From assembly GCA_021796335.1 (NCBI GenBank), contig JAJYHZ010000001.1, positions 144,360-208,359 of the forward strand: a stretch of DNA of 64,000 nt, given 5' to 3'. Each line of letters starts with the position of its first letter. Position 1 is the stretch's first letter. The stretch comes from a bacterium. GTDB taxonomy: Bacteria > Patescibacteriota > Minisyncoccia > UBA6257 > UBA9933. The translations under genes were made by a program, and so were the position numbers. Shown one piece after another: positions 29,971 through 39,143 of the stretch. A model generated the notes under the pieces. It made no database searches and was not told the DNA's origin. It saw only the letters and a list, made by a program, of their open reading frames with translations.

Positions 29971-30564
29971 TCAGATAAATTGGTACCATCTCTTGTTAGC
30001 AATGTTTTTCAATTTCTCACCAGCGGGAGTATTGTAAACAAATTCGATCTGTTCTGAGATTTGGCGCAAGATTCCCTGCGTTGTATTCATAGGATCAATC
30101 ACAACCTGTAACGTTTGAAAATTCTGCCCGGAGTTTTGGTCGGGTACGGCTGGTACCATCGGACTGATAGGTGAAACTGACGACCCGGACGGGATAAGTA
30201 CTGACTGTGATTGCGCGGGAAGATTTTTAAAATCAGATATTTTTTCGATAAGAATATCTATATATGCTGCCTTTGAATAAAATTGGCTTATTAAATCTAT
30301 TTCGCTCTCTTCTAATCTATTAAGAAAAAGATGGATGCTGTCATTCCAACTGTTTGTTGGGAGCAACTTTGACGAAAGAGCGTATCCACGGTGGCCGCGA
30401 TCTGAATTTCTAATCTGTAGTTCTGCATATCTAATTTCTTGCAATATCAGCCTAGCGGTTTCTCTCTTCTTGTCCATCCTCTGTTTGAAATAGAGATAGA
30501 TGGCAAGAAAACCAACTAGGGCTACAAAGAAATTAGAATCGAAAAATGAAATAATATATTGCAT
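29971..30564 (-). CDS. Membrane-anchored hypothetical protein
   Basis: Long ORF with one N-terminal hydrophobic helix, 5 bp downstream of the SDH gene. Confidence 0.7.
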   Translation of the reverse strand: MQYIISFFDSNFFVALVGFLAIYLYFKQRMDKKRETARLILQEIRYAELQIRNSDRGHRGYALSSKLLPTNSWNDSIHLFLNRLEESEIDLISQFYSKAAYIDILIEKISDFKNLPAQSQSVLIPSGSSVSPISPMVPAVPDQNSGQNFQTLQVVIDPMNTTQGILRQISEQIEFVYNTPAGEKLKNIANKRWYQFI

Positions 30565-30569
30565 TGGGA

Positions 30570-31595
30570 TTATTTCCACCCTTGTCCTATTACCTTAAAT
30601 CCGACCTGTTCCTGCGGAAGCTGAATCGGCCCCTGTGGTGTCTGCTGAACAACATTCACTTGTTGCTTGCGATACTCAACATCCATATCGTAGTAGTTCG
30701 ATATATCATGGCTCTCGATATAAGCGATTTTATAGTTCTTTTTGTTTTGCATCACGTTCGCTCCAAGCTCCGTTTCGGGATTCCAAATTTTGCCGAACTC
30801 CAAATCTTTATTATATTCCTCATAGAGATCGGTCATCAGCTTCGCCAGCGTCGCATCGGCATCAACAACCGTCGTCAGCCCCAGATCGTCCTTCGCTTCT
30901 CTGCGGCCGATAAAATACTGATGTGAATAAAGTTTTTCAGTGAAGTAGTCCACGATTTTATCAACTACCTCCTCCTTCATCGCAACCTTGTGACTCTTTA
31001 GTAAGCGCTTTGCTAGCATACGGATAAGATTGTGGATACGGTTCACGTTGCCAAGCGCCAGCGGATGAATTTGCGGATTCGACTCCACAAATTTCGTGAA
31101 AATCTTGGAAAGTTCCTCGTCACTCTTGATGCCAAACTTATTTTTGGCAAGATCGAAATATGCCATCACGTCCTCAACGCTTATTGGGATGCGATTCTGC
31201 GCGTTTGCGGGATCGACAGGATTAAAGACATTAGCCGTGGATGGATCAATCGGCGAAAGTTCCGAAAGGTCGCTCATGACGATTTCGTCCGCACCGAGCG
31301 AGATCATAGTTGCCGCACTGTGCGCCTTGTAAGGTATAAGCACCGAAAACTTATCGCAGTGCTCGCGAATCATAGAAACTAACCGCCACGGTACCATCGT
31401 GTCGCCGCCCGCACTGTAAAGGAATAGGTCTATATTCTGGGTCTTGCCGATTTTTTGGAGCTGCTTGCTGATATGCGGAATAATATCCGGCGCGATGCGG
31501 GCGTTAAACGGCCCCTGTCGGTCGCTTGTAAGATATGAGATAACACGGGACTTCCTTGCGGTTTCTATCTGTTGTATGAGCTGTTTTCTATCCAT
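30570..31595 (-). CDS. SDH-family ClpP/crotonase-fold serine protease
   Basis: LYSAGGD, AHSAATMISLGADEI, LSPIDP, SH motifs. Confidence 0.85.
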   Translation of the reverse strand: MDRKQLIQQIETARKSRVISYLTSDRQGPFNARIAPDIIPHISKQLQKIGKTQNIDLFLYSAGGDTMVPWRLVSMIREHCDKFSVLIPYKAHSAATMISLGADEIVMSDLSELSPIDPSTANVFNPVDPANAQNRIPISVEDVMAYFDLAKNKFGIKSDEELSKIFTKFVESNPQIHPLALGNVNRIHNLIRMLAKRLLKSHKVAMKEEVVDKIVDYFTEKLYSHQYFIGRREAKDDLGLTTVVDADATLAKLMTDLYEEYNKDLEFGKIWNPETELGANVMQNKKNYKIAYIESHDISNYYDMDVEYRKQQVNVVQQTPQGPIQLPQEQVGFKVIGQGWK

Positions 31596-31647
31596 AATAT
31601 TTCTATTTTACAGCATTTTAGGAAAATTTTCCACCGCCCCACCCATA

Positions 31648-32136
31648 CTATTGCGACCCAATTATCCAATCCTTTTTGAGTAGCAAGTAACTCACGATGG
31701 CGACGACTAAACCTATACCAAGCGGCGGCGACAGGAAAAGAATAAGCCGGATGATGTTATAGAAAAACGAAATGATTTGATTGAGTAGCCAAACGACAGC
31801 GATTACGATGGCCAGCATTATGAGGCACATCGTCAACCAAAATATCTTTTTCACGCCTCTGTGTAGATCACGATCTATCTTTCGGAGATGCCAAAGATTT
31901 TTGTAAAAATCTGTTTTGTAGTAGAGGTACGCGCCGGGGCCACCAAAGACAAGGGCACTGTAAAGCCCATATTCGAGGGGCGTAGAAATCGGAGAGATGT
32001 TCGTCCACACGAACGTTCCGCCAACGAAAAAGTGCCAGACGAGGAACGCAAGAGTGGAGGTTACGACAAAGATGGCTCCTGAAATAATCTCACGCCTATT
32101 CTTCTTGAGGACTTCTTTAGGCCAGTTCGGGTTCAT
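31648..32136 (-). CDS. Hypothetical membrane protein
   Basis: About 4 hydrophobic segments; co-oriented with neighbours. Confidence 0.65.
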   Translation of the reverse strand: MNPNWPKEVLKKNRREIISGAIFVVTSTLAFLVWHFFVGGTFVWTNISPISTPLEYGLYSALVFGGPGAYLYYKTDFYKNLWHLRKIDRDLHRGVKKIFWLTMCLIMLAIVIAVVWLLNQIISFFYNIIRLILFLSPPLGIGLVVAIVSYLLLKKDWIIGSQ

Positions 32137-32191
32137 TTCAGCCCAACATATGACAGGGCTTGAAAGAAGTCAAACAAAATAAGTAGGCCAC

Positions 32192-32440
32192 CTATTGTCC
32201 GCGATAGGTAAAATCTATGTGCGCCTCTTGCCCATATCTTTCATGCACCCTAGCTGTCGCTTGACTCCGCGCAAATTCTTTGGCCGCTTCAGCAGTGGGA
32301 AAACTTGTTCCAACAGGAGCATCAAGATTTTCGGTGTCCACTCCGCCATTGCCGTTTGGCCCGACAATATTGATCCTCGACCTGTAAGTTCCATCAATCT
32401 GAAATGTCGAGATTTCTACTCTCACGTCCATCGTTATCAA
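32192..32440 (-). CDS. Small hypothetical protein
   Basis: 82-aa ORF abutting the upstream gene; start uncertain. Confidence 0.55.
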   Translation of the reverse strand: MITMDVRVEISTFQIDGTYRSRINIVGPNGNGGVDTENLDAPVGTSFPTAEAAKEFARSQATARVHERYGQEAHIDFTYRGQ

Positions 32441-32842
32441 TTATTTCGTTTCTATGACGATATTCGCCTTCTTAAATTTATTCCCAGCAATCGGGCCGAG
32501 TATGACATAAACGAGACTGATCAAGAAGGCTATAGTGAAGCCGCCTTGAAATTGGGGTCCATTCGGAGAAAGGGAGTAGATTAAGCCCACAAGTACCCCG
32601 GTAACTATCACGCCGATAATCATAAGGATGCCAGCGAAGATTGAAAGTCCAACCGGCTTATATTCAGTAGCGAAAATGACGATGCCAAGAATCAAGCCGA
32701 TGAAATACGTGAAGGAGAAAGGCAAAATGGTCGCCCATCCAGGTACGGTATTTATCCACGGCATAAAATACGCTATGACGGCTATGAGCACTAAGATGCC
32801 GTAAGTTATTCTCCATCCAGACATACTGTAATTATATACCAA
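32441..32842 (-). CDS. Hypothetical membrane protein
   Basis: About 4 TM segments. Confidence 0.65.
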   Translation of the reverse strand: MVYNYSMSGWRITYGILVLIAVIAYFMPWINTVPGWATILPFSFTYFIGLILGIVIFATEYKPVGLSIFAGILMIIGVIVTGVLVGLIYSLSPNGPQFQGGFTIAFLISLVYVILGPIAGNKFKKANIVIETK

Positions 32843-32950
32843 TATGAGTCCTAATTAAGGGAGGAATTTATACACCTCTTGCCCGCGCAACGGGAGGGTT
32901 GGGGCAAGGGCAAGAAACCGCTAATCTTCCGTCTCCGACGGCGCTAAAGT

Positions 32951-33262
32951 TTAGGTATATTTGGACGACGACCTGTCTAGCTTGGCGTTTATATATCTAC
33001 AAAGTAGGACAATTAGAATAATAATTATCGAGGCGACGATATATGAGAAGAGATAATCTTCCCAAGCATGGCCGAGATAAAGATGTATGACGGCGACTGG
33101 GATTATGTTCAGGATGAGTGTTCCGGGTAACGCCAGTAAATATATAAAATCCACAGATAGGGATTGCCCGGTAGGTGCTATCAAAAAATAAAGCCACGAT
33201 AGGCCGATAAGCAGCCAGTAGATTCCAACAGAAATTGAGGCATATTTAATCCAACCCTTCAT
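32951..33262 (-). CDS. Hypothetical membrane protein
   Basis: About 3 TM segments. Confidence 0.6.
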   Translation of the reverse strand: MKGWIKYASISVGIYWLLIGLSWLYFLIAPTGQSLSVDFIYLLALPGTLILNIIPVAVIHLYLGHAWEDYLFSYIVASIIIILIVLLCRYINAKLDRSSSKYT

Positions 33263-33341
33263 ATCCGCCGATATTATACCACCAAAGAAAGAGGCTTCTA
33301 AAGCCTCATAGGATAACTAATCTAATAACGGACAAGCACCT

Positions 33342-34208
33342 TTAATGCAAAATCGTCTTCGGCAGATCGTCCTTCGGCGACTTCCAGATCGGCTCGAAAA
33401 TCGCCTCTGGCTTCGCAATGGAATACTTCATATCGCACGCAAAGAGAAACATATTGCTGCCCTTCCTGTCGGTGTTGGCTTCTTTGGAGGCGATCCTGAG
33501 GTTCTCGCTCCGCGTCTCGTTCGGGGTCACGGTGATCACCCTGAAATGGGTGAATCCCAAGGAGTCTTTGATCCGCTCCTCCCGCCACCACCGCCAATAG
33601 AGTTTGAGCTTACTCACGAACCGTTCTTCCGTCATCGTGCCCCGATCCACTTCGAGGAAAACGGGATATTCGTAGCCGTTGTATCCGAGGACGAAAAACG
33701 CATCCGGCACAAGTTCGGGGTTTTGGTCGTACTTGTCCCTCAAAGAATATTTCAGGTCATAGCCCTGCAGCCACTGTTCCAGTTTCAGGTCGTCCCGTTT
33801 CCGTATGGCAAGCGTGAGGCACGTCTTGAACTGCGAGATCATCAACGCGTGGGCGATGAGCGGCAGGGAGCGTTCGATCTCCCGCATACGGCGCAGAACC
33901 GCTTGATACTGCCCCGCGTCCCCGAAGACGGCCTCCACGCCCTGCTTGCCGAGGGAATAGACGATATGCGGGGAAGGCAGCTTGGAGCGGCTCTGGGTCT
34001 TGGGTCGGTCGAGATACCCCAAGTCGTACATCAGGGCGAGCCTCCTCAAGAAGTTGCGCCTGCCTCCGGGGTGCAGGGCAAGGATTTGCTCGGTGTTCAG
34101 GAAGCGGCACTCTCCCAGCTCACGGAGAAGCTCCATGTCGCGATGCTGTAACCGGAGGGGGTCGGTCACTTCCCTCCTCTCTAATCTTTTGCGCAGATTG
34201 TTGGGCAT
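33342..34208 (-). CDS. Replication-relaxation (Replic_Relax) family protein
   Basis: N-terminal wHTH (RD..LL..L...RFL.TEQI), H, PDAFF, FLEVDRGT, K...Y pattern. Confidence 0.8.
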   Translation of the reverse strand: MPNNLRKRLERREVTDPLRLQHRDMELLRELGECRFLNTEQILALHPGGRRNFLRRLALMYDLGYLDRPKTQSRSKLPSPHIVYSLGKQGVEAVFGDAGQYQAVLRRMREIERSLPLIAHALMISQFKTCLTLAIRKRDDLKLEQWLQGYDLKYSLRDKYDQNPELVPDAFFVLGYNGYEYPVFLEVDRGTMTEERFVSKLKLYWRWWREERIKDSLGFTHFRVITVTPNETRSENLRIASKEANTDRKGSNMFLFACDMKYSIAKPEAIFEPIWKSPKDDLPKTILH

Positions 34209-34293
34209 AAGGAAGGTTTACGCCTCAATTATACCAATTTGAGACCCCCTCCGTCCGAGGCCTTCTCGACCCGTCCGCTACCATATTTCACTG

Positions 34294-34580
34294 TTTCACC
34301 CCCACCAACGAGCCACCACAAAAGACGGACGGGAGAGAAGGCCGAGGACAATGAACGGAGCGGAGGCCAGCAGGCCGGAGCGGAGTGAAGTCGGCGTTGG
34401 ATTTCGGGTTGCGGCGATACAAGAAAGCCAATGATATTGGGACGATTTTGAGACAGGAGGGTAGTCACTCCGAAGATAGCTAGTGACTACCCAAATGAAG
34501 GGGTAAACGACCCCCTTATGCAGGGGTAAAACTCACGGATTTTCGATAAAAAACGTTCGACTGGGAGCGTGGAGATGAGC
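34294..34580. repeat. 287-bp arm, inverted repeat of 29631-29918
   Basis: Reverse-complement match with 4 differences. Confidence 0.95.
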
Positions 34581-36277
34581 AAAGTAGGACGAACCGAGGC
34601 AAAAACCTCATTTTCGTCAGATAAATTCTTTATATTTTTAGGTTCGAACAATGAATTTATCGCCTTAGCTTGTTTTAAGCCATTAATAACGGCTGTTATT
34701 GATTTTGTGCTGATTATATCTATATTTTTGTTTTTAAAAATTAGGTTCGCACAGAGGACATATAAAGCCTCTCTTTTTTCATCATTAGTGCCATTTTTAA
34801 TAACATCTACTATTTTAGCAGCTAAAGAAAAATCTTTTTTAACTTTTTCCAAATCAAAGCGGTCATTATTTTCAGAGTTTTCTTTTTTTGTCGTTGCTAA
34901 TTCATTAATAAGTTTTTGCTCCTGATTATCAAATAATTCAATTTCTACTTGGCTTAAGTTATCTCGTCTAAGCCGTTCTTCTAATAATCTGTTTAATTTC
35001 TTTTTTATGGTAGCTTCTATATTTTCTTTGGCATTATTAATTACCTCTAAATTTTTAAGCTCGGGATCAGGTAATTCCTCAATGTGCTTTATGCACCACT
35101 CCGATAATTCATTTGAAATTTGAAGATTTTCTGTATAATAATTTACTAAGGTTTCGTCAATTTTTCTTTGTTCAAATGATTTATTTAAGCACTCTTGATG
35201 TTCGTGTTTTCGGCATTTCAATCCGCGGTAATAAACATATTCCAAATAAATTGGATTGTTCATTTCATTTATCTTGATGCCACAATTTGGGCAATTTTCC
35301 CGATTTATATAGGAAAATTTATATTTACATTGAGGGCAAATGAGTTGGAATTTAAAGTCTGGGTTGGTCAATCCTCCGCAATAACCACATTGCATAAAAT
35401 AATTATATACGCCTTTTCTCTTTTTAGGCTGAGGCCTTCCATTTTTACCCAATCTTTTTTGATTTATCCAATATTGATCTTCGGTTAGCATGCGAGTTAA
35501 TTTTAGATTTAATTCGTATCTTTCGCCTCCTTGATAAAAAAATCCGGTATATAGCGGATCGGCTAACATTGAGTATAAATAAGATAAAGAAATAGGTTTG
35601 CCTCCTTCGCGCTTTCTTTCAGGAGTAGTCAAATGTAATTCATTTTTAGCATATAGCCATAATTGGCGAACGGAATATTTATTGGTTGCAAAACGATCAA
35701 ATATGGCCTTAACTAATGGCCATCGTTGCGGATCATCACACCAAGTCCTATTTCCTTTTTCTTCGGTTTTATCATTTAAGTATCCGATTTTAGCCAAACC
35801 ACTCGGATAGCCCATTGTCGCTTTTTTTCTTAACCCGCGTTTTACATCAACTCCTTTATTATCATTTTCTAATTTTGCCTGACTGCAAAATAAATTAAGT
35901 AAAAATTTATCATTTGGATTATCCTTAAATATTTGCGATGGAGTTCTAACCTCAACAAGTTTTCCTAAATCCATTAAGTAAATAACTCTACCTGTATCTA
36001 TTGAATTTCTGGAGATTCTATTGGGATTCCAAACTAAAATTCCATTAGCCTTGCCTTTTTCAATATCCGCAAGCATTCTATCAAATATAGGTCTTCCCGG
36101 ATGTTTGGCGCTTTTTGATTCTTCTAAAATTTCAATAATCTCTAAATTATTAATTTGTGCAGTTTTTTTATTTTCATCTATTTGAGAAGAAATTGATAAG
36201 GCTTGCCGATCTTCCGCTTCGCTTGATTTTCTACAATAAATAAAATATTTAATTTTTGGCTGATTAATTTGATTCAT
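34487..36277 (-). CDS. Large serine recombinase B
   Basis: YCRKSSE, ESKSAK.PGRP.F, NRISRN, DPLYTG, multiple CxxC. Confidence 0.92.
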   Translation of the reverse strand: MNQINQPKIKYFIYCRKSSEAEDRQALSISSQIDENKKTAQINNLEIIEILEESKSAKHPGRPIFDRMLADIEKGKANGILVWNPNRISRNSIDTGRVIYLMDLGKLVEVRTPSQIFKDNPNDKFLLNLFCSQAKLENDNKGVDVKRGLRKKATMGYPSGLAKIGYLNDKTEEKGNRTWCDDPQRWPLVKAIFDRFATNKYSVRQLWLYAKNELHLTTPERKREGGKPISLSYLYSMLADPLYTGFFYQGGERYELNLKLTRMLTEDQYWINQKRLGKNGRPQPKKRKGVYNYFMQCGYCGGLTNPDFKFQLICPQCKYKFSYINRENCPNCGIKINEMNNPIYLEYVYYRGLKCRKHEHQECLNKSFEQRKIDETLVNYYTENLQISNELSEWCIKHIEELPDPELKNLEVINNAKENIEATIKKKLNRLLEERLRRDNLSQVEIELFDNQEQKLINELATTKKENSENNDRFDLEKVKKDFSLAAKIVDVIKNGTNDEKREALYVLCANLIFKNKNIDIISTKSITAVINGLKQAKAINSLFEPKNIKNLSDENEVFASVRPTLLISTLPVERFLSKIREFYPCIRGSFTPSFG

Positions 36278-36458
36278 TTCTTTTTTTATTTTGCTTAAGA
36301 AATTTATCTAATTCTTCTTGTGAAATTCTCCATAAAGAAGTTCGTCCTTTGCCAAGTTTATATCCTTTTAATTCGCTGCTTACCAGCCACCTTTCAATAG
36401 TTCTGGGATGAACTCTTAAAAGCTCAGCAACCTCTTGTCTTGTTAGTAATTTTTTCAT
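36264..36458 (-). CDS. Excisionase-like HTH (HTH_17)
   Basis: LLTRQEVAELLRVHPRTIERW...WRIS; overlaps the recombinase start. Confidence 0.85.
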   Translation of the reverse strand: MKKLLTRQEVAELLRVHPRTIERWLVSSELKGYKLGKGRTSLWRISQEELDKFLKQNKKRNESN

Positions 36459-36534
36459 TACTTAATTATATTCATATCTGTCCCAATTGTCCATAGATGT
36501 CAAAATAATCAAAATTGCTAATTTCCCTTTATTT

Positions 36535-36834
36535 TTAAGATAAGTTAAGCAATTCATATATGGCTTCTTTTTTAGCACTTTCGTGGCTTAAAAGTGCCTT
36601 TCCCCCGTATTTTTGGTTGTCCTCGGGCATATTTGTAATTGATTCGAGGAATCTTAAAATGTCTTTTTTCTCGTTTTTTTCATAATCCTCTGGATCGACC
36701 AATTTGTTAAACCAGCGGGATATGGTTTGTTTGCTGAATCTCTTACTTTTAATTACTTCAATAAAACAAAGATAAGAGCTGCCATGTGAACATTTTCTTT
36801 TAACTTCATTAAAATTTCGTTGTATCGATTTCAT
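36535..36834 (-). CDS. Hypothetical protein
   Basis: 99-aa ORF co-oriented with xis/int. Confidence 0.6.
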   Translation of the reverse strand: MKSIQRNFNEVKRKCSHGSSYLCFIEVIKSKRFSKQTISRWFNKLVDPEDYEKNEKKDILRFLESITNMPEDNQKYGGKALLSHESAKKEAIYELLNLS

Positions 36835-36838
36835 TTTA

Positions 36839-37048
36839 TTAAATTATTTTAATCGGCCTTTCAAATTCCTGACAATTATAAATTTCGTTTTTATTTTCAT
36901 AATCTAATTTGGATATCAAATTTTTATTCAGTTTAATTTTTAAATTGGAACAAAATTCTTTACGTTGGTTTTTATCTAATCTTTTGAATTTTTTTATTTG
37001 TCTTTTGAGTTGGATTTTCCGCCAATTTTTCTTTTTTAAATTTTTCAT
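36839..37048 (-). CDS. Small basic hypothetical protein
   Basis: 69-aa ORF 4 bp from the next gene. Confidence 0.4.
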   Translation of the reverse strand: MKNLKKKNWRKIQLKRQIKKFKRLDKNQRKEFCSNLKIKLNKNLISKLDYENKNEIYNCQEFERPIKII

Positions 37049-37404
37049 AGTTATTAATTCAGCCGCTCTCTTTTTTTAAAAACTTATAAGAGAAGGGAAG
37101 GATTATTTATATATGTTATATCTGGGTATTGAGATTCAGATCCTCTTGGAGTTGTTCCTTTCCTTGTTTAATCTGTTCATTTGAGCAAACGAGATTTAAT
37201 TCGTTTGAGTAAAAGCTTGGATTAAAAAGAATTGGGCAATCGGGTGAAAACTTCCATCTCAATTATTCCCCGTACTTCCGTTTTTCTTTTTAGATACGGT
37301 CAGCGGCGGAAAGATGAAAGAAAAAGAGTTCCCATACCTCCTCCTCCTTACATCAATCTCAAAACTTGCTTGATATAATTTTTAATTGGGTTAAAAACCC
37401 TGAT

Positions 37405-37599
37405 TTAATCTTGTTTAGAGATCAAATCACGATTCTTAACCATAAATTGTCTATAATCTCTTTTGAGGCAAATCTGGGTTAACCTCAATAAAGCACTACC
37501 AATCTCATTAATTTGTTCATCGGTAAAATTTTCGGTATATTTTCCAAACTCTTTTATTAAAATCTCCCTCAATCCTATTTGAGCCTCCTTAGATATCAT
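37405..37599 (-). CDS. Small helical hypothetical protein
   Basis: MISKEAQIGLREILIKEFGK...; ATG at 37599. Confidence 0.55.
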   Translation of the reverse strand: MISKEAQIGLREILIKEFGKYTENFTDEQINEIGSALLRLTQICLKRDYRQFMVKNRDLISKQD

Positions 37600-37828
37600 A
37601 AAATAAAAAAGAAAAAGCGCCCCCGTTTGAGAGCGCTTGCGATTAGCTTTAGCGTTTGGAACATTATAGCATATTTCATCTTGCAATACAAGCCCGTGTA
37701 CTTAGACAAATAAGGATAATAAAGATAATTTTTATCCACTTTAAACAAAAGTAAATTTATTGTTTAATTATTATTAACAACTTAATATGCCTAAACCATA
37801 TTTAAAAAATTATGGCATAGCACAAAGA

Positions 37829-37925
37829 CCAATGAAGCATATAGAACCCGTCATGGGGTTGCTTCATTGGCCATATTGGGAAACCAATATGTCTGGCAAA
37901 AGCCGGAGACTCGTGGCGGGTTTTA
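37829..37925 (+). ncRNA. Candidate structured RNA (multi-stem, with an upstream complementary box)
   Basis: Outer stem 37845-57/37910-22 with G-U pairs, CATATTGG-GAAA-CCAATATG, TCTGGC-AAAA-GCCGGA; 37829-39 complementary to 37860-70. Confidence 0.55.
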
Positions 37926-37947
37926 TGTTTTATAAAATAAAAAATTT

Positions 37948-38715
37948 ATGCTTATAAAAACAAAAATACAAAAATTAATTTTATTAATAGGGGGTATTTT
38001 AATATTTTTACAATTAGATAATGTCAGTTATTATCGAACCACTAAAGCTTTATTAAATTCTATTAGTATTGCGGTTATAACTTTTGTTTTATTAATTTTA
38101 TCCAAAGATTATGAACCAAAATTCCATTTAAAAATTTGGAATTTTATAAAAAAACATAAGTATATTATTTTAATCGTTAGTTTAATCGTTAGTTTTATTT
38201 GGGGAATTAAATATTTAAGTGAATGGTATACACAAGAACAAATTAATGAACAATTTCATAATTCAGAAATTGTATACCAGAATTGCTTGGACAAGGTTGC
38301 AAATCAAGATAATGAAATTCAAAATGAAATAAATACTTATATTGATACAAATCTTCCTATAATACAACAATATAATTTACAGCACTATGGCGGATTATAT
38401 AACTTTTCCTGCATTACATATAATAGTCCCAATTGCTCTCAAGTTGAGAAAAAATATAATTCAGATATTGATCAAATTAGACAACAAAGCTATTTTGAAC
38501 AATGGTCAGATGCTAATAGACCTGGTTATAGTGATAAGGTGGGATTTTGGGAGGTATATTTTATGAAATGGATGATGGATAACCACCCTGAATTTTGCGA
38601 TGAATATAATCCAGGGCTTATTAGGGATTTTGTAAATAAAAAAATGAAAATAATTAATTCAAATCCCAGTAATCAGAGTTCTGGGGGAATTTTTATTCCT
38701 TTTTATGGGAAGTAA
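37948..38715 (+). CDS. Membrane protein with soluble C-terminal domain
   Basis: 3 N-terminal TM segments, 255 aa. Confidence 0.65.
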   Translation: MLIKTKIQKLILLIGGILIFLQLDNVSYYRTTKALLNSISIAVITFVLLILSKDYEPKFHLKIWNFIKKHKYIILIVSLIVSFIWGIKYLSEWYTQEQINEQFHNSEIVYQNCLDKVANQDNEIQNEINTYIDTNLPIIQQYNLQHYGGLYNFSCITYNSPNCSQVEKKYNSDIDQIRQQSYFEQWSDANRPGYSDKVGFWEVYFMKWMMDNHPEFCDEYNPGLIRDFVNKKMKIINSNPSNQSSGGIFIPFYGK

Positions 38716-38756
38716 CCACCACGTACTAGCCATTAATTTAGATTTCATATAATTTT

Positions 38757-39122
38757 ATGAGTATAGAAAAAGCTCAAAAAATTTTTCAAGAATGGAAAAA
38801 TTATATAGAAATTCATACAAAGCTTTCTACTATTTTTGAAAAAATTCCAGAATCATTTTTGCCATATCCAGTTAAAATTCTCGAAGAAGCACTAAATATC
38901 ATCGCAGAAGATTATTTTAATAAGGGAAATTACAGAATGAGTGATAATATAAAAGAACTATTAAGCGACCTCTACATTTATACAAAAGACGAGGAAGCAA
39001 TAAAAACAATCATTAATAGCTTTTCCCAAGAAAATTTAGAAATAATAAATTTACACTTTGCGCTTTTAAAAGAAGTTCGGGATAGTTGGTTAAAATCTAA
39101 ATATAAAAATAACTATTTGTAA
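38757..39122 (+). CDS. Hypothetical protein
   Basis: 121-aa ORF in a co-oriented run. Confidence 0.6.
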   Translation: MSIEKAQKIFQEWKNYIEIHTKLSTIFEKIPESFLPYPVKILEEALNIIAEDYFNKGNYRMSDNIKELLSDLYIYTKDEEAIKTIINSFSQENLEIINLHFALLKEVRDSWLKSKYKNNYL

Positions 39123-39143
39123 TATGGCTATAAACACAAAAAT

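Larger units (their letters stand above)
25357..34580 (-). mobile_element. Integrative element A (large serine recombinase) at the tRNA-Asn 3' end
   Basis: GAGC at both ends (25357-60, 34577-80); the joined ends reproduce the internal sequence 29519-29918; visibly higher GC than the host genes. Confidence 0.85.

Noticed and set aside
33345-34151. 268-aa plus-strand ORF
   Set aside because: Antisense shadow of the GC-rich Replic_Relax gene with no motifs. The same applies to 26039-26737 and most short opposite-strand ORFs in the track.
25357-34580. Two separate TIR transposons (25357-29634 and 29631-34580)
   Set aside because: No DDE transposase or target-site duplication. The GAGC direct core, dyad symmetry at the central junction and in-frame closure of the recombinase fit one element with an internal attP better, although the two-module reading is not formally excluded.
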